64,000 bases of DNA. Origin: an uncultured Planctomycetota bacterium (lineage in GTDB: Bacteria; Planctomycetota; Planctomycetia; Isosphaerales; Isosphaeraceae). The stretch covers positions 5,120,001 to 5,184,000 of the forward strand of contig CAVTTN010000002.1 in NCBI GenBank assembly GCA_963737655.1. The letters run 5' to 3'. The notes below the pieces were generated by a model that searched no databases, was not told where the DNA came from, and saw only the letters and a list, made by a program, of their open reading frames with translations. The stretch's first letter is position 1, and each line of letters opens with the position of its first letter. Positions 11,225-21,281 of this stretch are shown piece after piece. Position numbers and translations under genes: made by a program.

Positions 11225-12509
11225 ATGGCTCATGTGCTCGACCTGATCTATCTCGGCCTGCTCCTGGCCTTCGGGCCGATGCTGGCCTATCGCTCGTGGA
11301 AGGCCGGCAAATATCGCGACGGATGGTCGGAGAAGGTCCTGGGCAAGGCGCCCCGGCGGATCGGCGACCGGCCGTGCGTCTGGTTCCATGCCGTGAGCGT
11401 GGGGGAAGTCCTCCTGCTCCGCCCCCTGGTCGCGGAGCTCGCCCGGAGGAGGCCGGGCTGGGAGGTCGTCGTCTCGACGACCACGACGACCGGCCTGGCC
11501 GTCGCCCGGAGGACGTTCCCGGACCTCGTCACCTTCTATGCCCCCCTGGACTTCAGTTGGGCCGCCCGTCGCGCCGTGGCGAGGGTCCGGCCGACCGTCC
11601 TGGCCCTGGTCGAGCTGGAGTTGTGGCCCAACCTGATCGCCTCGGCCAAGGCGGCCGGCGCGGGTGGCGATCGTCAACGGCCGCCTGAGCGACCGGAGCC
11701 ACAGAGGGTATCGCAAGATCCGCTGGGCCCTGGGCCCGACGTTCTGGAGGCTCGATTCGGTCGCCGCGCAGACCGAGGAATACGCCGAGAGGTTCGTCGA
11801 TCTGGGCGTGCCGTCGCCCCACGTCCGCGTGACGGGCTCGGTGAAGTACGACGGCCTGGAGGCCGACCGGGGGAACCCTCGGACGGTGGCCCTCCGGCGA
11901 GAGCTCGGGCTGTCGGCGGCCGACGTGATCTTCGTGGCCGGGAGCACGATGGAGGGGGAAGAGGCCGCGGCCCTGGACGCCTTCCGCAAGGCCCGCGTCG
12001 ATCACCCCAGGCTCCGCCTCGTGCTGGTCCCCCGCCACGCCGAGCGGTTCGACCGGGTGGCGGCCTGGTTGCAGGAGGCGGGGGCGAGGGTCGTCCGAAG
12101 GAGCCGTCCGGGGCTGGTCCTGGGTCACGGCGACTACCCTCCGGTCTTCCTGATCGACACCCTGGGCGAGCTCTCGGCGGTCTGGGGCCTGGCGGACGTC
12201 GCGTTCGTCGGCGGCAGCCTGTTCCCGGGCCGGGGCGGCCAGAACATGATGGAGCCGGCGGCCTTCGGGGCGTCGGTGCTGTTCGGGCCGTCCACGGGGA
12301 ATTTCAAGGAGGCCGTCGAGGGCCTGCTCGCCCGCGACGGCGCGAAGCGCGTGGAGAACGCCGAGGCCCTGGCCCGGGCCCTGATGGCCGACCTGGACGA
12401 CCCCGAGGCGGCGGCGGCCCGCGGGGCGGCCGGCCGGGCGTTCGTCCTGGCCCAGAACGGCGCGTCGCTGAGGACGCTGGCCGAGCTCGATCGCCTGGTC
12501 GGCGACTGA
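11225..12509 (+). CDS. waaA: 3-deoxy-D-manno-octulosonic acid (Kdo) transferase (frameshift near 11662)
   Basis: WFHAVSVGE, APLDF, ELELWPNL, then NGRLSDRS, GSVKYD, PRHAERF, DTLGEL, GGQNMMEPAA across two frames. Confidence 0.92.
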
Positions 12510-12726
12510 TCGGGACCGGGCAAGATCCCCCATCTTCGCCGGGCTCTCGGGACGGCCCGAGATGGCCCCGATTCGGCCGATTTTGCGGGTCGGTCCCCGG
12601 TTGCACGACCGATGGGGTTTCGTCAGACTGTCACGACTCGCGAGGCCCTCGGAGGCCCCGCGCGGCGACACAAGGCCGCCGACCCTTCCGTTCCGTTCCG
12701 ATCCGAGTTTTCTGCCGGAGACAGCC

Positions 12727-13098
12727 ATGAGCGAGACCGAAGGCGTTCAACAGCCCCAGGGCCAGCAGACCGAAGTCCACGTGGACGACTCCTCGACGCT
12801 GCCGTCGTACTCGAACTTCTGCCGGGTCACGGCCACGCCCGAGGAAGTGATCCTCGACTTCGGCCTGAATCCCCAGCCGTTCGCCACCGGCCGGCAGGAC
12901 GTGAAAGCCAATCAGCGGATCGTCATGAATTTCTATACCGCGAAGCGACTGCTGACGGCCCTGGGGATGACGATCCAGAGGCACGAGGGCACGTTCGGCT
13001 CGATCGAGCTGGACGTTCGCCGCCGGGCCGGGACGTTCCAGCAGACCCAGACGCGGCACCCCTCCGGCTCGGTCGGCCCCCAGGGGATCGTCGAGTAA
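12727..13098 (+). CDS. DUF3467 family protein
   Basis: YSNFCRVTATPEEVILDFG...RIVMNFYTAKRLL..L...IQRHEGTFG.IE. Confidence 0.85.
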   Translation: MSETEGVQQPQGQQTEVHVDDSSTLPSYSNFCRVTATPEEVILDFGLNPQPFATGRQDVKANQRIVMNFYTAKRLLTALGMTIQRHEGTFGSIELDVRRRAGTFQQTQTRHPSGSVGPQGIVE

Positions 13099-13129
13099 GC
13101 GTCGGATCGACGGCGGCATGACGGATGAG

Positions 13130-13172
13130 ATCGGGCGGGCCCTCCCTCGGTGGGGGCCCGCCCGATTTTTTT
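13130..13172 (+). terminator. intrinsic terminator
   Basis: ATCGGGCGGGCCC...GGGCCCGCCCGAT followed by a T run. Confidence 0.8.
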
Positions 13173-13424
13173 GCGCATCTCGCCCAGAGTCCGCCGGACT
13201 CGCCGATCGTGCGGGCTTTCCGGGTCCAAATGGTTGATCTCCGGGGTGGAGATCGGCCGATCCTGAGTGTCAAGACGAGTGGTCCGCGAAGCCCGGACGC
13301 GCCGCGAAGGCCGATCGGGCCCGGTCTTCGACTCATTCGACCTTCGCGGACGTGTCGATACCGTAGGGTGCCGGGAGCCCGGCCTCGATTCAGGACGGAC
13401 GAGTCCCGCCCAAGGAGATAAGGA

Positions 13425-16400
13425 ATGTCTCACTCTTCCCGGCCGGACCCGCGCGGAGACGCGAATCGGCCCCGTCGTCGCGTCCGGATCGAGAACCTGG
13501 TCACGCTGGAGGATCGGATGTTGCCGGCCCCGGTCGTGGCCTCCACGATCCCCCAGGCCAACTTCACGGCCGCCGCGGCGCCGTCGAACGACAACCTCGG
13601 CACGGTCTCGATCTCGGCGGTCGCCAATTCGGCCAGCGCCGCGGCGCTGACCTCGGTGGCCCAGCTCACCTCGGCCAACTCCTTCGGCGGCGACATCGTC
13701 CGCATCAAGGCCGGGCCCGGGGGCGACTTCGGCAAGGGCGTCTACGCCATCAGCCGGGGCGCCGGCGAGAACGCCGACGCGACCTCGCGAGACCCGAGCA
13801 TCCAGGCCCCGATCAACCGGCCCGGCGTGATCTACCGCGTCGATCCGGCCACGGGCAAGACCTCGGTCTTCTTCGACCTGAACACCGTGATCAACCAGCT
13901 GCAGACCGGAGGGGACGCCTCCAACGGCTCCTCGCCCGGCTCCGGCCTGCTGAACTGGTACGATATCGCCTTCGACCCCGAGGGGTATTTCGACGGCAAA
14001 CCGTCGATGTTCGTCAGCTCGCTGTCGCAGAGCGACCCGACCAAGAACGTGATCTACCGGATCGGGCCGGACGGCTCGTTCATGGGCCTGTATATCCAGT
14101 TCACGGCCGGGGCGACCGAGCAGAACTTCACCCGCCAACCCAGCGCCCTGTTGATCCCCCCGCCGGAGCAGCAGAGCTTCCTCAAGGGCCTGTTCGTCGG
14201 CCAGGGCACGGGGCTCACCCAGAATAACGGAACGGCCGCCGGCGGGTTCGCGGCCCTGTTCTTCGACGCCAACCAGTTCTCGCCCGGGGCGAACCTCAAC
14301 GGCGACACCCTGCCCAACGGCGTGACGGCCACCCCGCTGACCTACGGTCCGCAGGTCGGCCTGACCTCGGCCAACTCGTCGTACACCTCGCCGGTGTATT
14401 CGGCGTTCAGCGACTTCGGCACCCCCGGGGCCGGCGGGGTCGCCGCGACCTTCGGCCTGAGCGGCGTCCAGGGCCTCCAGGGCGAGATCCCGATCGGAGG
14501 GGCCGGGACGATCATCCCCGACTTCACCACGGCGCCGGCCATCGCCGGGACCACCGACGGCGACGCCGCCGTGATCACCCCGTTCCGACGGTTCCAGGAC
14601 ATCGCCTTCGACCAGTACGGCTACTTCTCCTACGGGACCAACGGCAACACGCTCACCGCCGGGGCCGCGCCGACCTACGAGGGGAGCCTGTTCGTCTCCG
14701 ACCTGGCCACCGGGCTGACCGTCCCGGTCAACACGGCCGCCGCGCTGGGCGGGATCGCCGCCGGGACCGCCGTGAACATCCCGATCCAGGGCGCCGGCGG
14801 CCCGATCGGCGTGACCCTGAGCCCCAACGGCACCGTCGTCCCGATCTTCACCAACGGCAACACCACCAACGGCACCAACCTCGGCGGCCGGATCTTGCGG
14901 GTCAGCCCCACGGGCGTGGTCTCGGTCTTCGCCGACAATTTCCACACCAACGGCGCCCAGGACGCCTCCAGCTTCGTCTCCAGCGAGCTGAGCATCTCGT
15001 TCTCGGCCGACGGCACGACCCTCTACGCGGCCGACGACGACGGGATCTGGCAGTTCAAGACCGTCACCGACCTCGCCGGCGCGACCTCCGGCTCGCTGAT
15101 CGGCCTGAACGACCTGAGGACCCTGGGCGTCCCCTACGACGGCCAGGATTCGGCCGTGGCGATCGTCGATACCGGCGTCGATTCGCTGACCCCGAACTTC
15201 CGGGGCCGGGTGGCCACGGGCCTGAGCGTCGTGACCAACGGGCCGGGCAACGACGACACGGCCGCCGCCGTCAACGGCCACGGGACGCTCGTCGCCGGCG
15301 TGGTCGCCCAGTTCGTCCCCCAGGCCACGTTGGACCCGGTCAACGTCTTCACCCCCAACCAGGTCGCGCCCGGCAACTCGGCCGGGGCCGCCTCGGTGAC
15401 CGGCGCCACCACGCCCCAGAACGTCTACACCGGGCTGGATTACGTCGCCAACAACCCGTTCGTCCGCGACCCGATCCGCCCGAACACCCAGGACCGCGTG
15501 ATCGCCGCCAACGTCGGCTTCGGCACGACCACGACCTATGGGACGGAGACCCAGGCCTACAACCGGTTCCCGCAGATCACCCTGGCCTTCGAGAACGAGT
15601 TCGCCAAGTTCCGGCGGATCGGGATCCAGGGGATCGCCGCGGCCGGCCAGTTCGGCACCCCTCAGGGCGCGACGGTCACCGGCGGATCGGTCACCGGCGG
15701 GGACGTCCAGGGGATCGCCTTCCCGGCCGTCCTGGACACGGTGATCTCGGTCACCGGGAGCTATTCCTACCCGTTCACCGCCCTGCCCACGTCCAGCCCG
15801 GTCGATCCCGGGACCGGCGTGATCCCCCGGCCTCCCGGGCCGGCCCTGCTCTACGGCAGCCCGGCGGGCAACACGATCACCGGGGCCGGATCGGCCGCCA
15901 CGGTCGCCTCGGCCGATGCCATCGTCTTCAAGGACAAGCTCCTGGCCTCGTCCAACCGCAGCCTGACGACCGACTACACCGCCCCCGAGCTCGACCTGCC
16001 CACCTTCCGCCGGACCGCCGCGTCGACCATCGGGGCCACCACCACGGCCGTCGGCGCCCCGCCGGACTTCAACGACTTCTCCGAGGGCGGGACCTCGCTG
16101 TCCTCGGCCGTCGTCACCGGCTCCTATGCGATGGTCGCCTCGGCCCTGGACTACTGGCAGACCATCTCCAACAACAACGGCCTGACCGTCGATGGCTACC
16201 TGACCACCCCGGCCGGCGTCAACCAGTTGAACTTCGGCAAGGGAGGGATCGAGAACCTCTCGGCCTACTCCAACCCCGACGGCATCAACTCGATCCTCCA
16301 GTGGACGGCCGTCCCGGCGAGCGACTCGCTCAACACGGTCGATCCGGTGACCCCGCCGACCCTGTTCCAGAGCCCCAACTACCGCGAGTTCGCCCGGATC

Positions 16401-17714
16401 GACATCGGCAACGCCATCGCCGCCATCGAAGGCTCGATCGCGCTGAACTACCTGTTCGCCCACGGCACCTTCGACATCATCGACGCCAACAAGAACGGCC
16501 TGGTCACGGCCCAGGAGCTCCAGAACTTCGCCGACAACGCCGCCAACATCGGCATGCCCGAGGCCGGGGTGATGGCCCGCTTCCTGGGCGGGACCGCGCG
16601 AATCCCCACCACCGGCTTCCAGCAGACCGGCGCCGGCGAGTCGCCCGATCAGCCCGACGTCCTCCAGCGCCGCTTCAACTTCTTCGACTACGCGGCCGAC
16701 GGCCAGCTCAACGGGGCGATCTCGATCGCCCAGTACCAGGCCCTGGCCAAGAACCTGCTGCCCACGCCCGACGCCTTCACCGTCACCGACCGCCAGAGGG
16801 CCTCGGTCGATGGCTTCCTGCTCTCGCCCAACCCGCTGAGGAACTACTCGGACCTCCAGCACACCCTGCCGACCTACGCCTTCATCCCCAAGAGGGTCGT
16901 GGCCCGGTTCAAGAACATCTCCCCGGCGAAGTTCGGGATCAAGGGGAGGACCCAGGGGCCGGTCTTCACCCTGTTCAGCCAGGGAGGCGCCCAGTCCACC
17001 ACGGGCAAGACCCCGGTCAAGGGGAACACCACGACCAAGCCCGCGGGCTCGACCACGACCACCACCACCAAGCCCGCGGGCTCGACCACGACGACGACCA
17101 CGACCAAGCCCGCGGGCTCGACCACGACCGGGACCACCACGACCACCGGTTCCTCGACCGCCACGCCCCCCTCGGCGACGGGGACGACCGGCTCGGGCCA
17201 GGCCGCCACGGCCTCGGGGGTCAACTACATCGCGTCCTTGCTGAACAAGGCCCCGGCGGCCAGCCCCGTGACGGTCAACTCGGCCGCGACGAGCTCGACC
17301 GCCACGCCCTCTCCGGTGACGACCAACGGCGCGACCACCGGGGCCCCGGCCGCCGAGAGCGCCTCGGGCGTGGGGACCTCGCTGACCTCGGCCTCGCTCG
17401 CGGCGATCTCGACCCCGGCGAAGGCCGGGACGCCCGCCGCGACCACCGCGTCGTCCTCGACCGAGAACGTCCAGGTCGCCATGTCTCGACAAACCGCCGC
17501 CAAGCTCGCGAGGAACGAGGCCGAGGGCAAGTCCCAGGTCGCCCCAAGCGGCTCGCACGTCGCGCCGGTCGGCTCGGGCAACGGCACCGGAACCGCAACC
17601 GGATCGTCCGCCCCGGCCGCCGCCGCCCACTCGACCAAGAAGAAGTCCAAGACCTCCACCAAGTTCGACCCGTTGAACCCGTGGAAGTCGATCACCAACA
17701 TCTTCAAGAAGTAG
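13425..17714 (+). CDS. large secreted S8 (subtilisin-like) serine peptidase with LExR leader, EF-hand-like motif and Thr/Ser-rich tail
   Basis: RRRVRIENLVTLEDRMLPA leader; VAIVDTG, GHGTLVAG and GGTSLSS catalytic triad; DANKNGLVTAQEL. Confidence 0.8.
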   Translation: MSHSSRPDPRGDANRPRRRVRIENLVTLEDRMLPAPVVASTIPQANFTAAAAPSNDNLGTVSISAVANSASAAALTSVAQLTSANSFGGDIVRIKAGPGGDFGKGVYAISRGAGENADATSRDPSIQAPINRPGVIYRVDPATGKTSVFFDLNTVINQLQTGGDASNGSSPGSGLLNWYDIAFDPEGYFDGKPSMFVSSLSQSDPTKNVIYRIGPDGSFMGLYIQFTAGATEQNFTRQPSALLIPPPEQQSFLKGLFVGQGTGLTQNNGTAAGGFAALFFDANQFSPGANLNGDTLPNGVTATPLTYGPQVGLTSANSSYTSPVYSAFSDFGTPGAGGVAATFGLSGVQGLQGEIPIGGAGTIIPDFTTAPAIAGTTDGDAAVITPFRRFQDIAFDQYGYFSYGTNGNTLTAGAAPTYEGSLFVSDLATGLTVPVNTAAALGGIAAGTAVNIPIQGAGGPIGVTLSPNGTVVPIFTNGNTTNGTNLGGRILRVSPTGVVSVFADNFHTNGAQDASSFVSSELSISFSADGTTLYAADDDGIWQFKTVTDLAGATSGSLIGLNDLRTLGVPYDGQDSAVAIVDTGVDSLTPNFRGRVATGLSVVTNGPGNDDTAAAVNGHGTLVAGVVAQFVPQATLDPVNVFTPNQVAPGNSAGAASVTGATTPQNVYTGLDYVANNPFVRDPIRPNTQDRVIAANVGFGTTTTYGTETQAYNRFPQITLAFENEFAKFRRIGIQGIAAAGQFGTPQGATVTGGSVTGGDVQGIAFPAVLDTVISVTGSYSYPFTALPTSSPVDPGTGVIPRPPGPALLYGSPAGNTITGAGSAATVASADAIVFKDKLLASSNRSLTTDYTAPELDLPTFRRTAASTIGATTTAVGAPPDFNDFSEGGTSLSSAVVTGSYAMVASALDYWQTISNNNGLTVDGYLTTPAGVNQLNFGKGGIENLSAYSNPDGINSILQWTAVPASDSLNTVDPVTPPTLFQSPNYREFARIDIGNAIAAIEGSIALNYLFAHGTFDIIDANKNGLVTAQELQNFADNAANIGMPEAGVMARFLGGTARIPTTGFQQTGAGESPDQPDVLQRRFNFFDYAADGQLNGAISIAQYQALAKNLLPTPDAFTVTDRQRASVDGFLLSPNPLRNYSDLQHTLPTYAFIPKRVVARFKNISPAKFGIKGRTQGPVFTLFSQGGAQSTTGKTPVKGNTTTKPAGSTTTTTTKPAGSTTTTTTTKPAGSTTTGTTTTTGSSTATPPSATGTTGSGQAATASGVNYIASLLNKAPAASPVTVNSAATSSTATPSPVTTNGATTGAPAAESASGVGTSLTSASLAAISTPAKAGTPAATTASSSTENVQVAMSRQTAAKLARNEAEGKSQVAPSGSHVAPVGSGNGTGTATGSSAPAAAAHSTKKKSKTSTKFDPLNPWKSITNIFKK
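17028..17150 (+). repeat. intragenic tandem repeat (TKPAGSTTT..) x3
   Basis: accaagcccgcgggctcgaccacgac at 17034, 17067 and 17103. Confidence 0.85.
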
Positions 17715-17861
17715 CGAGGGCAGCGCCTCACGAAACCCGACGGCCGGACCCGCCGACGAGGGCGGGCCCGGCCGTTGGGCGTTTCCGGCGTTCGCACTCG
17801 TCGAGAGCCTCCGTCCAGCAGGGCAGGCCGAGGCCCGCCCTCCAAAGCTCCTCGAGCGTGG

Positions 17862-17954
17862 TCTGTAGAAAACCCCTTCGAGGATGAGGAAACGAGTAGG
17901 CCCGACTGAAGTCGGACCTACTCGTATCGAGACTTCGAAGGGGTTTTCTACAGA
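17862..17954. repeat. nested palindrome, MITE-like (20-bp outer IR, about 16-bp inner IR)
   Basis: TCTGTAGAAAACCCCTTCGA (17862-17881) / TCGAAGGGGTTTTCTACAGA (17935-17954); inner ACGAGTAGGcCCGACT / AGTCGGaCCTACTCGT. Confidence 0.75.
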
Positions 17955-17968
17955 GCACGTCGAGCGCC

Positions 17969-20667
17969 TCAGTCCATCGCCTGGGCGAAGACTCCGACGG
18001 CCAGGGCGACTCCCTCCGGGGCGTCGAGCGCCTCGGTCAGGTCGATTTCCCGGCCTCCGTCGCGGCCCTTCATGAGCGTTTCGATCAGGGCGATGGTGGT
18101 GTCGATCACGTCGGGCTGGATCAGGATCAGGTCGCCGGGGCGGGCCTCGCGGACCACCGCGTCCACGGCCTTCAGAGCGCCCTGGAACTCGCGGACCTCG
18201 CCCACCCTTGAGCCCGATTCCAGGCCCTTGCGGAACAGGCTCATGATCTCGCCCGGCTGGCGGCCCCGGACGTACTGGTCCTCGTACAGGACCACGCGAT
18301 CGAAGGCGTCGCCCAGCATCTCCCCCTGGCGGACGAGGTCCTCGTCCCGGCGGTCCCCGGCGGCCGAGTAGACCACCGTCCGCCGTTCCTGGGGGAACGG
18401 CTCGATCGCGTCGATCAACGCCTGGAGGGCCGAGACGTTGTGGCCGTAGTCCAGGATGATCGTCGCCCCGTTCATCTCCAGGAGGTTGAACCGGCCCGGG
18501 ACCGAACCCATCGCGCCCGGAAGCTCTCCAGGCCCGTGCGGATCGCATCCATTGAGAGCCCCAGCGACCACGCCGCCGCCGCGCTCGACAGGGCGTTCTC
18601 GATCTGGAACGACACCCGCCCGCCGTGGGTCAGAGGGACGTCGGCCAGGGCGATCAGGGAGGTCTCGCGGGGCCCTTCGGCCAGGACGATCCACTCGTCC
18701 CTCACGAACGCGGCCCGGCCCCCCTCGGAGCGGTGGGCGGCGATCACCGGCAGGTCGCCGTCCTGGGCGAAGAAGACCACGGAGCCGGGGCAATGCTCGG
18801 CCATCGCCGCCACGAGCGGGTCGTCCGCCTTCAGGACCGCCGAACCCTTCGGGCCGACCGCCTCGACGATCGTCCGCTTGACCTGCGAGAGCTTGTCCAG
18901 GGTGTGGATGTCGTGGAGGCCCAGGTGGTCCCCCTCGCCGATGTTCGTCACGACGGCCACGTCGCAGCGATCGAACGCCAGGCCGGCGCGGAGGATGCCG
19001 CCCCGGGCGGTTTCCAGGACGGCCGCCTCGACCCGGGGATGCATCAGGACCGCCGAGGCGCTGCCGGGGCCGGAGCAATCGCCCGACTCGATCCGGCGCT
19101 CGTTGATGTAGATCCCCTCGGTGCACGTCATCCCGACGGTCCGCCCCGTCCCCCGGACGATGCTGGCGATGAACCGCGTGACGGTCGTCTTGCCGTTGGT
19201 GCCGGTCACGGCGACCAGGGGGACCCGGCCGTTCTGGCCGTCGGGGAACATGAGGTCGATGATCGCCTCGCCGACCGGCCGAGGGCTGCCGGAGGAGGGC
19301 TCCAGGTGCATCCGCAGGCCCGGCCCGGCGTTGACCTCGACGATCACGCCGGCCTGGTCTTCCAGGGGGACGGCGATGTCCCGGGCCACGACGTCGATCC
19401 CGGCCACGTCCAGGCCGACCATCCGGGCCGCCTCGATGCACCGGGCGGCGACCTCCGGATGGACGCGGTCGGTCACGTCCTCGGCCGTCCCTCCGGTGCT
19501 CAGGTTCGCGTTGCGGCGGATCGGGACCTTGCGGCCCTCGGCGGGGACCGATTGCGGGTTGAGGCCCTGATCGGCGAGGACGGCCAGGGCGATGTCGTCG
19601 AGCTTGATCTTGCTCAGGGAGGTGGCGTGGCCGTCGCCTCGGCGGGGGTCGGTGTTCTTGATCGCGACGAGTTCGGCGACCGTCGATCGGCCGTCGCCGA
19701 CGACGTGGGCCGGCTCCCTCCGGGCGGCGGCGACCACGCGGTCGCCGACGACCAGGACGCGGTAATCGTCGCCCGGGGCGAACGTCTCGACGATCACCGA
19801 GCCGTCGGAGCTCTCGGCATGGGCGGCGTCATGGGCGGCGCGGACCTGGGCCTCGGTCGTCAGGTCGGTGGCGACCCCTCGGCCCTGGTTGCCGTATCGG
19901 GGCTTGACCACCACGGCCACGCCCAGCTCCCGGGCGGCGGCCCAGGCGTCGTCGGCCGAGGCGACGGGCCGGCCGGCGGGCACCGGCACGCCGATCGGGG
20001 CCAGGAGCGACCGGGTCAATTCCTTGTCCTGGGCGATCTCCTGGGCGATCGCGCCGGTGCGGTCGGTCTCGGCGGTCAGGATCCGCCGTTGCCGGGCCCC
20101 CCAGCCGAGCTGGACGAGGCTGCCGGTGTTGAGCCTTCGGGTCGGGATGCCTCGGTCCTTGGCGGCCTTGACGATCGACCCGGTGCTCGGTCCGAGCCGG
20201 GCCTCGTGGAGGATGTCGCGGATCCGGGCGACCTCGGCCGCCACGTCGAACGGTCGGTCGTGGAGGGCGGCCAGGACGAGCTCTCGGCCGACCTTCAGGG
20301 CCTCCCGGGCGGAGGTCTCCTCCTCGTACTCGACGACGACCTTGTACACGCCCTCCTCGCTCGTCTCGCGGGCCCGGCCGTAGCCGACGTCCGAGCCGGC
20401 CAGGGCCAGGAGCTCCAGGGTGACGTGCTCGAGGATGTGGGCCGGATAGGTCCCCCGGCGGAGCCTCTCGAAGAACCCTCCGCGCGTGCCGACGCTGCAC
20501 CGGTGCTCGACCATCGTCGGCAGCCAGGCCATCAGGCGGTCATTGAAGCCGGGGGCCTCGTCGGACGATGTGTCCTTCAAGGGGCCGAGGTCCACCCAGG
20601 CTTCGAGGACGGGGAAATTCGCCCAGAGGTTCGGTCCGCGCAGTGCCAGGACCTTCCGGAATTCCAT
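17969..20667 (-). CDS. cphA: cyanophycin synthetase (frameshift near 18517)
   Basis: LRGPNLW, EHRCS.G.RGGF..RL..GT, LGPST, ATP-grasp (VVKPRYGNQGRGV, NLSTGG, EVNAGPG), Mur-ligase domain (VTGTNGKTT, ETARGGI, PGRFN, DYGHN, GDRRD). Confidence 0.95.
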
Positions 20668-21100
20668 GGATCGTTCGCTCCGGGAGGGGGAGCGGCCCAG
20701 GACGCGGCCCGGGGGTCCACCCCGACCGGGCGACGACGACACCGGGGGCACCCGCCCCGTCCGTCCTGGGCCGAACCACCTCCGCAATGACCAGGCTCGC
20801 GACAGTGACGGCGGACGAGAGGGGGGGCCGAGCCGCCGAGACGAGCACCTCGCACGGGTCTAGTACGAAGGATCGCCGTCGGGGATCGAACTCACCTGCC
20901 CGATTTCTTCGGAGAAAGTCGCCGTTTGGGCGCTCTCGGTCGCACGTCCGGGAGTCCGCCCTTGCCTTGGCCCCGGAGGCGCGGCACGCCCTCGCGCCCG
21001 GGAGGCCCTCTTATCTTGTCGGACCGATGACAAAAGGCAAGAGGGACCCGGCCCGATCCAGCGGTTTCCTCCGGAGGGGCCGTCCGGGAGATTCCGGGGG

Positions 21101-21185
21101 GTAGAGCTCTGGAATCTGGAACTTCTGGGGTGCCCCCGGTTCTCGAACCGGGGGCACCCGAAAAAACTCCAGATTCGGGAGCTAC
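21101..21185. repeat. long imperfect GTAG...CTAC hairpin in the cphA / ABC divergent intergenic region
   Basis: GGGTGCCCCCGGTT-ctcg-AACCGGGGGCACCC core, extended by GAATCTGGA/TCCAGATTC. Confidence 0.65.
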
Positions 21186-21281
21186 ACCCGATTCCGGGCG
21201 ATTCTCTCTAGGCAGCGCCGGGGCCTCGCCTATGATGGAAAGTCCAGGGCTCGGGCGGACCTTCCGGGGAGAGCGACGGCG

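Noticed and set aside
8631..13098. RiPP biosynthetic cluster suggested by the RRE and protease
   Set aside because: No short precursor peptide or modifying enzyme (rSAM, YcaO, LanM) is visible.
12933..18548. 1871-aa minus-strand ORF and other very long antisense ORFs (56-1861, 40564-42540 part, 53789-57127)
   Set aside because: Shadow frames of high-GC coding genes; Arg/Gly/Pro-rich with no motifs.
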